This document shows, piece after piece, positions 28,200 to 38,237 of a stretch of 64,000 nucleotides of DNA. The stretch is from an uncultured Acidimicrobiales bacterium (lineage in GTDB: Bacteria > Actinomycetota > Acidimicrobiia > Acidimicrobiales > VFJN01). Under the pieces are notes generated by a model. The model did no database searches. It saw only the letters and a program-made list of their open reading frames with translations, and was not told the DNA's origin. A program made the position numbers and the translations under genes. The first letter of the stretch is position 1, and each line of letters opens with the position of its first letter. The DNA lies in contig CAWJFG010000026.1 of NCBI GenBank assembly GCA_963842015.1, positions 33,779 to 97,778 on the forward strand. The letters are read 5' to 3'.

Positions 28200-29585
28200 A
28201 TGACGATCGAGACGGCCGAGCTCGTCGACCTGTTGGCGGCGGCGGTCGGCGCGGACAACGTGCTGGCGGGCGCCGGGATCAAGGACGACTACGCCCACGA
28301 CGAGGCGCTCACCGCGACGCCGCAGGTCCCCCTCGCCGTGGTCCTGCCGGCGACGGCCGACGAGGTGGCGGCCGTCCTGCGCCTCGCCGACGAGCACGGC
28401 GTCCCGGTCACGGCCCGAGGGGCCGGCACGGGCATGTCGGGGGCGTGCATCCCGCGGCCCGACGGCATCGTCGTCTCGTTCGAGCGCATGGCCGCCATCG
28501 TCGAGATCGACACCGAGAACTTCGTGGCCGTCGTCGAGCCGGGCGTGCAGCTCGACCAGCTCGACGAGGCGCTCCTCCCCCACGGGCTCGTCTACCCCGT
28601 GTTCCCCGGCGAGTACAGCGCCAGCCTCGGGGGCAACGTCGCCACCAACGCCGGCGGCATGCGGGCGGTCAAGTACGGCGTGACCCGCCACCACGTCACC
28701 GGCATCGAGGCCGTGTTGCCCTCGGGCGAGGTGATCCAGTGCGGCGGCAAGGTCGTGAAGATCTCGACCGGGTACGACCTGACGCAGCTCGTCGTCGGGT
28801 CCGAAGGCACGCTCGCCCTGGTCACGAAAGCGTTCCTCAGGCTCTATCCCCGCGCCCCCCACCAGGCGACCGTGCTGGCGCCGTTCACGTCGCTCGAGGC
28901 CGTGACCGCGGCCGTGCCCGAGATCGTCCGCAGCGGCATCGGCCCGCTCATCCTCGAGTACATCGACATGCTGACGATGGCCGCGGCCACGGCGTACGTC
29001 GGGCTCGACCTCGGCATCCCCGAAGTGGTGAAGGAGACCGCCCTCGCCTACCTGGTCGTGGGGCTCGAGTCGACCCACCAGGACCGCCTCGACGCGGACA
29101 CGCACGCCGTCGCCACCCAGCTGGCCGACCTCGGGGCCATGGACGTGTACGTGTTGCCCCCCGGCGCCGCCGCGGGTCTGATCGACGCCCGCGAGAAGGC
29201 GTTCTGGGTCGCCAAGGCGAACGGCGCCGACGACATCATCGACGTGGTCGTGCCCCGAGCGGCCGTGCCCGCGTTCATGGCCCGGGTCAGCGAGATCGCG
29301 GCCGAGAACGGCTCGTGGATCGCCGGGTGCGGCCACGCGGGCGACGGCAACGTGCACATGGCCGTCTTCCAGCCCGACGCCGAGGCGCGGGGCCGCATCA
29401 TGCGGGCCCTGTTCGAGGCCGGGATGGCCCTGGGCGGCGCCATCTCGGGCGAGCACGGGCTCGGCACCGAGAAGTCCCGCTACTTCCTCGAGCTCGAGGA
29501 CCCCGCCAAGATCGCTCTCATGCGGCGGATCAAGGCCGCGTTCGACCCCCACGGCATCCTCAACCCGGGCACGATCCTGGACTGA
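28200..29585 (+). CDS. FAD-binding oxidoreductase (FAD-linked oxidase, GlcD-like)
   Basis: ATG 28200 follows GGAGGGG. PCMH-type FAD-binding domain (VVLPATADEVAAVLRLADEHGVPVTARGAGTGMSG) and a C-terminal FAD-oxidase_C part ending GEHGLG...KAAFDPHGILNPG. Confidence 0.85.
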   Translation: MTIETAELVDLLAAAVGADNVLAGAGIKDDYAHDEALTATPQVPLAVVLPATADEVAAVLRLADEHGVPVTARGAGTGMSGACIPRPDGIVVSFERMAAIVEIDTENFVAVVEPGVQLDQLDEALLPHGLVYPVFPGEYSASLGGNVATNAGGMRAVKYGVTRHHVTGIEAVLPSGEVIQCGGKVVKISTGYDLTQLVVGSEGTLALVTKAFLRLYPRAPHQATVLAPFTSLEAVTAAVPEIVRSGIGPLILEYIDMLTMAAATAYVGLDLGIPEVVKETALAYLVVGLESTHQDRLDADTHAVATQLADLGAMDVYVLPPGAAAGLIDAREKAFWVAKANGADDIIDVVVPRAAVPAFMARVSEIAAENGSWIAGCGHAGDGNVHMAVFQPDAEARGRIMRALFEAGMALGGAISGEHGLGTEKSRYFLELEDPAKIALMRRIKAAFDPHGILNPGTILD

Positions 29586-29597
29586 CTGGAGTCCCGC

Positions 29598-31181
29598 ATG
29601 AGCGACACGACAGGCCCGACCGAGCTGAACGGGGCGCAGGCCCTCATCCGCACCCTGGTGGCGGCGGGCGTCGACACGTGCTTCTCCAACCCGGGCACGT
29701 CCGAGATGCACTTCGTCGCCGCCCTCGACACGGTGCCCGAGATGCGCGGCGTCCTCGCCCTGTTCGAGGGCGTGGCCACCGGCGCCGCCGACGGGTACGC
29801 CCGCATGGCCGGACGCCCGGCCGCCACCCTCCTGCACCTCGGGCCCGGCCTCGGCAACGGCCTGGCCAACCTGCACAACGCCCGCAAGGGGCACGTGCCC
29901 GTCGTCAACGTCGTCGGCGACCACGCCACGTACCACAAGCAGTACGACGCCCAGCTCGAGAGCGACATCGAGACGGTGGCCCGCAACGTGTCGCCGTGGG
30001 TGCGGTGGTCGCAGAAGCCGTCCGACATCGGCCGGGACGCAGCCGAGGCGGTGGCGGTCGCCTCGGGGCCGCCGGGGCAGGTGGCGACCCTCATCCTGCC
30101 CGCCGACGTGAGCTGGTCCGCCGGCGGCCGGATCGGCGAGCCGATCCCGTCCCGCCCGCCGTCACCCGTCGACGCGGACACCGTCGACGTCGTGGCCAAG
30201 GCGCTGCGCTCGGGCGAGCGCTGCGGCTTCCTGCTGGGCGGCCAGGCGCTGCGGGCCGAGGGGCTGCTCGCGGCCAGCCGGGTCGTCAACGCCACCGGCG
30301 CGTCGATGCTGGCCGAGACGTTCCCGACGCGCCTCGAGCGCGGCGCGGGCCTTCCGCCGATCGACCGACTCGCCTACCTGGCCGAGTTCGCCGCCGCCCA
30401 GCTCGCCGGCCTGCGCCACCTGGTGCTGGTCGACGCCAAGTCGCCGGTGAGCTTCTTCGCCTACCCGGGCAAGCCGAGCGACCTCGTGCCCGAGGGCTGC
30501 GAGGTCCACGTGCTGTCGAGCGACGGCGGGAACGGGGCGGCCGCGCTGCAGGCTCTGGCCGAGGCCGTCGGCGCCCCCGAAGGCGGCGCCACGCTGCAGC
30601 CCGCCGATACCCCCGGCCTGCCGACCGGCGAGCTCACCGCCTCGACCGTGGCCCAGGCCGTCGCGGCGCTGCTGCCCGAGGGCGCCATCGTGTCCGACGA
30701 GGGCAACACGTCGAGCCTGTTCACGCCCGGCCTCACCGCCGGCGCACCCCGGCACGACTGGTTGTGCCTCACGGGTGGCGCGATCGGCCAGGGCCTGCCG
30801 GCGGCCACCGGCGCCGCCGTCGCGTGCCCCGACCGCAAGGTGGTGGCGCTGCAGGCCGACGGCAGCGCCCTGTACACCCTCCAGGCGTTGTGGACCCAGG
30901 CGCGCGAGCAGCTCGACGTGGTGACGATCATCTACAACAACCGGTCCTACGCCGTGCTCAACATGGAGCTCGACCGCGTCGGCGCCGACGCTCCGGGGCC
31001 GAAGGCGAAGAGCCTCCTCGACCTGTCCCACCCCGACATCGACTTCGTGGCGCTGTCGCAGGGCCTCGGGGTTCCTGCCACCCGCGCCACGACATCCGAC
31101 GAGATGGCGGACCAGCTCGCCCGCGCCCTGGCGGAGCCCGGTCCGGCTCTCATCGAGGCGATGGTTCCGTCGATCCTGTGA
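29598..31181 (+). CDS. thiamine pyrophosphate-binding enzyme (acetolactate synthase large-subunit-like)
   Basis: 527 aa. The N-terminal TPP_enzyme_N pattern is GAQALIRTLVAAGVDTCFSNPGTSEMHF. The C-terminal TPP-binding part (GAIGQGLPAATGAAVA...LQADGSALYT...IIYNNRSY) contains the GDG-like motif. Confidence 0.85.
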   Translation: MSDTTGPTELNGAQALIRTLVAAGVDTCFSNPGTSEMHFVAALDTVPEMRGVLALFEGVATGAADGYARMAGRPAATLLHLGPGLGNGLANLHNARKGHVPVVNVVGDHATYHKQYDAQLESDIETVARNVSPWVRWSQKPSDIGRDAAEAVAVASGPPGQVATLILPADVSWSAGGRIGEPIPSRPPSPVDADTVDVVAKALRSGERCGFLLGGQALRAEGLLAASRVVNATGASMLAETFPTRLERGAGLPPIDRLAYLAEFAAAQLAGLRHLVLVDAKSPVSFFAYPGKPSDLVPEGCEVHVLSSDGGNGAAALQALAEAVGAPEGGATLQPADTPGLPTGELTASTVAQAVAALLPEGAIVSDEGNTSSLFTPGLTAGAPRHDWLCLTGGAIGQGLPAATGAAVACPDRKVVALQADGSALYTLQALWTQAREQLDVVTIIYNNRSYAVLNMELDRVGADAPGPKAKSLLDLSHPDIDFVALSQGLGVPATRATTSDEMADQLARALAEPGPALIEAMVPSIL

Positions 31182-31252
31182 CGCCGGCTCGGGGTGGCGC
31201 CGATTCGGGGCGGCCAACAGGCATCGGCACGTCGGCGACGTAGAGTCGCCGA

Positions 31253-34200
31253 GTGCCCACGCACCTCACAATTCTGCGCGTCGACGTGGCCGTCGCCCAC
31301 GTCGGGCCGGCACACGCCGTGGCGCAGGGCGCCGAGGGCACCGCGGGTGAGCCCGAGCTGATCGCGTCGCCCGACCGGGCGACGGCCACCCTCGTCGCGG
31401 CGTTCCACCTGGCGGCCGACGCCGTGGCGGCCGTCGAGCGGGTGATGGGTGCGATCCCGGCCGAGGGCGCCGCCCGGGCCGCGCTGGTCACCGGCGAGGT
31501 CGAGGTCGACGACGGACGCCACGCGGGCCCGGCCCGCGAGCGCGTCGACGCCCTCGCGGCCTCGGTCGACGAGGTCGGCGTGTTCGTCTCGGCCTCGACC
31601 GCGGTGATGGTGACCCACGCGCTCCCCGCAGGGCTCGAGCTGGTCGCCGCGCCCACCAGCGGCGACGAGCGCGCCTACCGGCTCCGACCGGCGAGCCCGG
31701 CGGCGCCCGCGGCCGACGACGACGCCGGAGCCGCCAACCTGGGCTGGGCCCACCGGGCGGCCGCCCACCCCGTCGTCGGCCGGGTGGGGACGATCGCCCG
31801 CATGGAGGGGGCGTGGGCGTCGGCCCTCGCCGGCGACCAGCGGTTGGTCGTGCTCTCCGGCGACCCGGGCATCGGCAAGACGACGCTCGCGGCGGAGCAG
31901 GCGCTGCGCATCCACGCCGGAGGCGGCATGGTGCTGTACGGGCGGTGGGACGAAGAGCGCCTCGCCCCGTACCAGGCGATCCGCGAGGCGCTCGGCAGCT
32001 ACGCCGCGGCCTGCCCGCGCCAGCTGCTGCGGCGCGACGTCGACCCCCACGCGGACGACCTGGCCCGCCTGCTCCCCGACATCGGCGCCCGCATCGGCGG
32101 CGTCCGCCCTCCGCTGGCCGACGACCCCGACGCCGAGCGGATGCGGCTGTTCGACGCCGTCCGCCACTGGCTGGGCGCGGTGGCGAGCCGGCGGCCCGTG
32201 CTGCTCGTCCTCGACGACCTCCAGTGGGCCGAGCACTCGTCGCTGCGCCTGCTGCGACACCTGCTCGACCACCCACCCGACGGCCGGATGCTCCTCCTGC
32301 TGACGCTGCGGGACGGCGAGGTCGAGGGCATGGGCCCGCTCCACACGCTCGGCTCGTTCGAGGACAGCCCCGACGTCGAGCGGGTCGAGGTCCCCGGGCT
32401 CGACGTCCCGGCGGTCGTCGAGCTGTTCCGCCGGGTCGTGGGCCACCAGGCCGACGAGAGCGCCGGCGCCGACGCGGCCAGCTGGCTGACCGAACAGACC
32501 GCCGGGAACCCGTTCCTCGTGCAGGAGATCCTGCCGCGGGCTGGATCCCGGCGACCCGGTCGCCGCACTGCACGCGGCGCGCAGCCGGCTCCCCGACCGC
32601 GTCCACGACGTGGTGCGCTGGCGGCTCGGCCGCCTCAGCAAGGAGACGAACGAAGCCCTGGAGGCGGCCTCGGTGGTCGGCGAGCAGTTCTCGCTCGACG
32701 TGCTGGCCACCACGCTGGAGTGCCGGGTGATCGACCTTCGGCACCGGCTCGACGACGCCACGCGTGCCGGGGTGGTGCGCGAGGTCGACGACGGTCAGAG
32801 CCTGGCCTTCGCCCATGCCGTCGTGCGGCGCGCCCTGCAGGACGAGGTGCCGGAGGCGCGGGCGGCCGACCTGCACCGGCGCATCGCCCGCGCCCTCAGC
32901 GACGGGCCCGACCAGCGCGGATCGGCGGCCGAGATCGCCCACCACCACCTGCAGGCGGCCGACGCCGAGACCGCGGAGCTGGCGATCCGCTGGGGTCGCA
33001 CCGCCGCGGACCAGGCGCGGCGTGAGACCGCCTACGAGGGCGCCGTGTGGTTCCTCTCCCGGACGGTCGACGTCCACGACCGCTTCTGCGACCCCGGCGG
33101 CGCGGGTCGGGAGGAGGCGTGCGAGCTGCGGCTCGACCTGGCCGACGCCCACGACCGGGCGGGCGAGTTCATCGCCCGTGACCGCCGCCACCTCGAGGCG
33201 GCCCAGCTGGCCCGGGACCTCGGCCGCACCGACCTGTTCACGCGCGCCGCGCTCGGCTACGGCGGGCGCCTGCCCGCCTCGCCACCCCGCAACGCCGAGG
33301 CGCGGTGGCTGCTCGACGAGGCGCTCGAGCGGCTGCCCGAGCGCGACAGCCGGGCCCGCGCGCTCACGCTGGCCCGACTCGCCCACATCCTGCACGCCGA
33401 CGCACCCCACGACGAGCGCCGGGTGATCTCCGATGAGGCCGAGGCGATGGCACGGAGGCTCGAGGCGCCGGTCGTGGTCGCCTCGGTGCTGGTGTCACGG
33501 GTGCTGGCCCTCGACGGACCCGACGACGTCGACGACCACCTCGACATCGGCGCGGAGGTCATCCGCATCGGCGAGCAGACCGGCGACTCCGACCTCGTCC
33601 TCCAGGGGGCCCGCGCCCGGATCCACCCCCTGTTCGTGGTCGGCGCGCACGACGCCGCCCGCGATCTGGCGGAGCGGTTCACCGACCTGGCGGGAACGGT
33701 CCGTCATCCCGACCACCTGCGCCTGGCCGCGATGTGGCAGATCATGTGGGCCACCCTCGAGGGCGATCTCGACGAGGCCGAGCGCATGGCCGACGCGCTG
33801 CGTCAGCGGCTGGAGGTCGCCGGCCACTCGCAGGTGGCCGCGATCCACCTCATGCAGTCGTTCGTCGTCCGTTGGTTCCGGGGTCGGCTGGCCGAGGCCG
33901 AGCCGGCGGCGGACGCGCTGGTCGCCCATGCGCCCGACTCGCTCATGTGGTGGGCGCTGCGGGCGTGGGCCGCGGCCGGCGCGGGCGACGACGACGGCGC
34001 GCTGTCGTGGTTGGCCAACCGCCCGACCGGCGATCTCGTCGCGGCCGATCCGGGGTTCCAATGGCAGATCGCGGTGGTCGGCACCGCGATCGCGGCCTCG
34101 ATGGTGGCGGACCGCCGCTGGTCCGAGGTCACCTACGACCTGCTCACCCCGTACAGCGGGCGCAACCTGGTCTTCGGCTACGTGGCGTACCTGGGCGCCG

Positions 34201-34466
34201 TCGACCACCACCTGGGCACCCTGTCGTCGGTGCTCGGCCGGTACGACGAGGCGGTCCCGCACCTCGAGGCGGCGCTGGAACGGCACCGGGTCGTCTCCGC
34301 CCGCCCGTGGGTCGCCCTGTCCGGGGCCTGGTTGGCGAACGCCCTCGTCGAGCGGGACGAACCGGGCGACGCCGCCCGCGCCTCGGGCCTGCTCGCCGAG
34401 GCGATCGGCACGGCGACCGACCTCGGCCTGCGGATGCTCCCGCCGCCCCACCCCAAGCTGCGCTGA
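31253..34466 (+). pseudogene. STAND-type regulator: degenerate cyclase-homology N-terminus + AAA ATPase + TPR-like repeats, frameshifted at about 32534
   Basis: GTG 31253. P-loop GDPGIGKTTL and Walker B LLVLDDLQWAE. The frame is good through AGNPFLVQEIL, and the continuation RGLDPGDPVAALHAARSRLPDRVHDVVRWRLGRLS... is in the 32610..34466 frame. No LuxR HTH at the C-terminus. Confidence 0.7.
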
Positions 34467-34496
34467 CGCCGGGCCCCTCCGCCCGGGGACTCGGCT

Positions 34497-37400
34497 CTAG
34501 TGGTTGAAGCGGTCGAGGTGATCGGTGAGCGTCGGGAACACCTCGCGAGCGGCGTTGCGGCCGATCAGGGCGTCGAGGTGCGCGTAGCCGGGGAGCACCT
34601 TGCGCTCGTACAGGGAGGGCTCGTTGGCGGTCTGCAGCCACCGCAGCGTGCGCATGCTGCCCGCCGGGCGGAAGATGTAGTTCCTGTCGCCCTGCACGAG
34701 CAGGACGGGCACCTGGATGCGCTCGGGATGCCGGGTGTACGCCTCGGCGCCGGCGGCGTCGACCACCAGCCGCCGGTTCATGATCGTGCCCATGTGCCCG
34801 AGCGCCGGCAGGTTGCCGACCCCGAACATGTCGTCGAGCTGGTCATGGGTGGCGTCGTCGAGCTGGTCGTGGGCGTGGGTGCACCCGTAGATGGCGTTGA
34901 TCCAGCGGCACAGGGGCTTCCCGCACCGCTCGGCCCGCGGCATGGGCGCGGCACGCAACCCCAGGTCGAGCAGGGCGTTCGGCACGTTCCAACGGACCTC
35001 GGGCGCGACGGTGCGCAGCCCCACCTTGGCGAGCAGCTTGTCGACCTTCATCGTGGCCTTGACGGTGTTCAGGGTCGACGTCACCGGGTGCAGCGTGAAC
35101 TGCATGCACACGGCCGAGCGCACCCCGTGCAGGCCGTCTGCCAGGGCCATCATCAGCGACGCGGAACCGACGCAGTGGCCGAGCGCCTGCACGCTGTCGG
35201 CCCCGGTCACGCGCCGGACCTCGGCGACCGCCTCGGGCCAGTCCCGCCGGGCGATGTCGTCGAGCGTGAACGCTGTTCGAGCCGAGGGCAGGTCGGTGCT
35301 GGCGCGGTAGTCGAACAGCCAGACGTCGTACCCGGCCTGCACCAGGTGTTCGGTCAGGTTGGTCTGGACCGTGTCGATGAGGAACGACGTCGCCGACATG
35401 CCGAAGCCGGCGGCCAGCAGGACCGGGCCCCGCCGGCCGCCCTCGTAGCGCACGAGGCGCAGCCAGCCGGTGCCGTCGGGGTCGTCCGCCGGATCCCAGT
35501 CGCCCTCGTGCCAGCGCCCGTCGCCGTCGCACCAGCGCGGCTCGGGGGACGGGAGCCGCAGCTTCCGGCGCCCGGCTCCGGTGAGCGGGATGCGCTGCGG
35601 CGGCGCCTCGGGGAACGCGACCAGGTCGTCGAGGCTGGCGTACACGTTCGTGAGCGAGCGGAAGAACCGCTTGCCGAAGCGCGCCTTCCACCGGAGGCGC
35701 TCGCCGACGCCGTCCACGCCGGTCACGTGCAGGGTCGTGAGCTGGCGGGCGAAGTCGGCGGGGGCGATGCGCATGATGCCGCCGACGACCGGCGTACCGC
35801 TCTCGTCGCTGATCGTGACGTACAGGGTGGTCGTGTCGCTCCACAGGTCGAGCCCGAACCGGTCGTGCAGGACCTTGTGGCCGTCGAAGCGGAACCGGCG
35901 ACCGTCGTCGGTCGCGAGGACCATCGAGTACCGCATGTTCCAGGTGTCGACGTGGGTGGGGTCCTCCTGCGCGAGGCAGAAGCTGCCGTCCTCCACCCGG
36001 AGGCGCCGCGCCGACAGTGCCGGGACGACGACGGTCCCGCTCAACCGACACGGGGTGGCGGGGTCCTCGAGCATCGCCGGCAGGTCGTCGATGTCGATGG
36101 TGAGCACGAACTCGAGGCGGGTGCCGTCGGCCTCGCCCTGCGCCGCCCCGCGTTGCGGGTCGCCGTCGGGGGCGGGGCCGGCCCATCCCGCCATCCGCTC
36201 GGTGAAGCGCAGGCCGGGGGTGGCGGTGGCCGGGGCCGGTGGCAGGGGCGGCGTGGGGCCGGTCTTGATCGTCCAGCCCTTCTCGGCCGCCAGCAGCTCG
36301 ATCGCCCGCTCGCTGAGTGCGGAGATCGTGAGCAGCGGGTTCACCGCGAGAGGGCGGGGCACGATGGCACCGTCGGTCACCAGCAGCCCGTCGTGGACGT
36401 CGGTGCCCTCGCCGGCGAACACCTGCCCGCGGTGGTCGACCACTCCGGAGCGCCCGTCGTCGCCCATGGCGCAGCCGCCGAGCGGGTGCACGGTGACCAG
36501 GCCCTCGCGGAGCATCGGCGACCACACGGGGTTGGCGATGTACTCGGCGGGCATGGCGGCCGACAGGGCCCGCAGCGTGTCGGCGTTGTGGTCGAAGATC
36601 GGCAGGTCGCCCACGGCCGGCCAGTCGATCCGCACCGTGTCGTCCACGAACTTGAGGGTCCCGTCTCCCACGTCGTCGCTCATCACCAGGTACGTGAGCG
36701 TGCGGTCGGCGGGACCACCGGTGGCGTCGAGGGCGGCGCCGGCGGTCGACGCGACCCGGCGAGCGACGCGCTGTGCGAACGCCAGCGGGCTCCCCCCGTC
36801 GTCGATGTCGGCCGCCACCGCGAACGCCGCGGGCATCAGCGCCCGGAGAGCGCCCGGGATGGCACCCTCCTCGATCAGCGCTCCCTTGCCGGGGGTGGGG
36901 ACGCCGGTGCGGTCGACGAGCCCCGTGATGCTGGGGCCGACGGTGGTGTCGGCGGTGACCGCCCGGCGGCCGGCACCGATGCCCCGCATGGGGCTGCCCT
37001 GCACGTCGTAGGCGAAGGCGAGGACGTCGCCGTTGCCGGTGAAGCGCTGGCCCAGCCGGGGGGAGACGGCCAGGCCGCGGGCGCGCGAGCGGTGCAGGAT
37101 CTCGGTCGATCCGAGGGTGCCGGCCGCGAGCACGACGACGTCGGCGAACACGAACGACGCCGGGGCCGCGAACCGGCCGCGACCGTCGGCGGTGGGCTCG
37201 AAGCAGACGATCCACGGTGCGTCGGACCCGGCGGGGGACCGTTCGACCGTACGCACCGAGACCTCGCAGAAGATGTGGGCGCCGTGGGCCACCGCGTCGG
37301 GCAGGTAGTTCTCGGTCACCGTGTTCTTGGCACGGTGGTTGCAGCCGCTGACGCAGTCGCCGCAGAGGTTGCACGCCCGTTGCTCGATGCCGGCGGCGTT

Positions 37401-38018
37401 GGGGCCGTCCGTGAACGTGACGTTGATCGGGGGCCGGGTCACGGTGTCGTCGATCGCCTCTGCGGCCTGGCGCAGCACGGCGAGCTTGGTCGGCTCCTGC
37501 CAGGTGTCGGGGTAGGGCGTCGAGCCGAGCATGCGCTCGGCCCGCTCGAAGTAGGGGGCGAGCTCGTCGGGGCCCACGTCCTCGCCTCGGAGCTCGGCCG
37601 GCCACCGCTCGTCGTAGACCCATGGCTTCGGGCGCAGGGCGACGCCGGCGTTGATGAGCGACGTTCCGCCGAGCCCGCAGCCGACGACCACGCTCAGGTC
37701 GTCGCCGGCCCGGAGGTCGAACAGGCCGGTGGCGCGCCCGAACCGACGGGCCCCACGGCGCACCTGGAGCTGCCACGCGGCCGAGGCGGCCGTCTCGGGG
37801 AAGTCGCCGGCCGGGATCTCGCGCCCACGCTCGAGCACGCACACCGACCGGTCCGCTCGGGCGAGCCGGGACGCGGCGATGGCGCCGCCGTACCCCGAGC
37901 CGACGACCACCACGTCGTAGCGCGCGGCCATGTCGCCGTGCGGGCGCGAGAGGGTGGGCGACGGCGGTGTCCCCTTCTCGGTTGCGCTTGTCATGGCTCC
38001 CAGCTCCCGATCGGTCAT
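34497..38018 (-). CDS. GMC-family oxidoreductase (cholesterol-oxidase-like) fused to an uncharacterised middle domain and a C-terminal alpha/beta hydrolase
   Basis: One uninterrupted ORF. FAD motif YDVVVVGSGYGGAIAA and GMC C-terminal HPLGGCAMG. A middle segment of about 210 aa. An alpha/beta fold with GHCVG elbow (35166-35180) and GYAHLD. Start is ATG 38018 or ATG 37994 (the latter follows GGGAG). Confidence 0.85.
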   Translation of the reverse strand: MTDRELGAMTSATEKGTPPSPTLSRPHGDMAARYDVVVVGSGYGGAIAASRLARADRSVCVLERGREIPAGDFPETAASAAWQLQVRRGARRFGRATGLFDLRAGDDLSVVVGCGLGGTSLINAGVALRPKPWVYDERWPAELRGEDVGPDELAPYFERAERMLGSTPYPDTWQEPTKLAVLRQAAEAIDDTVTRPPINVTFTDGPNAAGIEQRACNLCGDCVSGCNHRAKNTVTENYLPDAVAHGAHIFCEVSVRTVERSPAGSDAPWIVCFEPTADGRGRFAAPASFVFADVVVLAAGTLGSTEILHRSRARGLAVSPRLGQRFTGNGDVLAFAYDVQGSPMRGIGAGRRAVTADTTVGPSITGLVDRTGVPTPGKGALIEEGAIPGALRALMPAAFAVAADIDDGGSPLAFAQRVARRVASTAGAALDATGGPADRTLTYLVMSDDVGDGTLKFVDDTVRIDWPAVGDLPIFDHNADTLRALSAAMPAEYIANPVWSPMLREGLVTVHPLGGCAMGDDGRSGVVDHRGQVFAGEGTDVHDGLLVTDGAIVPRPLAVNPLLTISALSERAIELLAAEKGWTIKTGPTPPLPPAPATATPGLRFTERMAGWAGPAPDGDPQRGAAQGEADGTRLEFVLTIDIDDLPAMLEDPATPCRLSGTVVVPALSARRLRVEDGSFCLAQEDPTHVDTWNMRYSMVLATDDGRRFRFDGHKVLHDRFGLDLWSDTTTLYVTISDESGTPVVGGIMRIAPADFARQLTTLHVTGVDGVGERLRWKARFGKRFFRSLTNVYASLDDLVAFPEAPPQRIPLTGAGRRKLRLPSPEPRWCDGDGRWHEGDWDPADDPDGTGWLRLVRYEGGRRGPVLLAAGFGMSATSFLIDTVQTNLTEHLVQAGYDVWLFDYRASTDLPSARTAFTLDDIARRDWPEAVAEVRRVTGADSVQALGHCVGSASLMMALADGLHGVRSAVCMQFTLHPVTSTLNTVKATMKVDKLLAKVGLRTVAPEVRWNVPNALLDLGLRAAPMPRAERCGKPLCRWINAIYGCTHAHDQLDDATHDQLDDMFGVGNLPALGHMGTIMNRRLVVDAAGAEAYTRHPERIQVPVLLVQGDRNYIFRPAGSMRTLRWLQTANEPSLYERKVLPGYAHLDALIGRNAAREVFPTLTDHLDRFNH
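34830..34877. repeat. imperfect 24-nt tandem duplication (20/24 identical) inside the hydrolase domain, encoding HDQLDDAT-HDQLDD
   Basis: gtcgtcgagctggtcatgggtggc / gtcgtcgagctggtcgtgggcgtg, read directly. In frame. Confidence 0.8.
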
Positions 38019-38089
38019 GTCCCTGCCCTGGCCTGCCGTACCTGTCGTCGATGCTCGCGCTGCCGGAGTGCCGGCGGTGCGACGCGCAA

Positions 38090-38119
38090 GTGGGCCGGCC
38101 CCGCCGCAGGCCGGCCCAC
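38090..38119. other. perfect 11-bp stem / 8-nt loop hairpin in the divergent intergenic region
   Basis: gtgggccggcc-ccgccgca-ggccggcccac, read directly. It lies 70-125 nt upstream of the GMC-fusion gene start. Confidence 0.6.
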
Positions 38120-38237
38120 TGCCGGGGTGCAACCATGCGGGCCCGCCCGACCCGCCGCGATCATCCGCCTCGATCCGCCACGAACTGGGTGAACGCACGT
38201 GGTTGCTCTCCGTTGGGGGTCATCATGCGACGGTTCC

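Noticed and set aside
34500-38192. 1230-aa ORF on the plus strand exactly opposite the GMC-hydrolase fusion gene
   Set aside because: Same artefact. The translation is Gly/Arg/Val/Asp-rich, repetitive and motif-free, while the minus-strand product has clear FAD, GMC and alpha/beta-hydrolase signatures.
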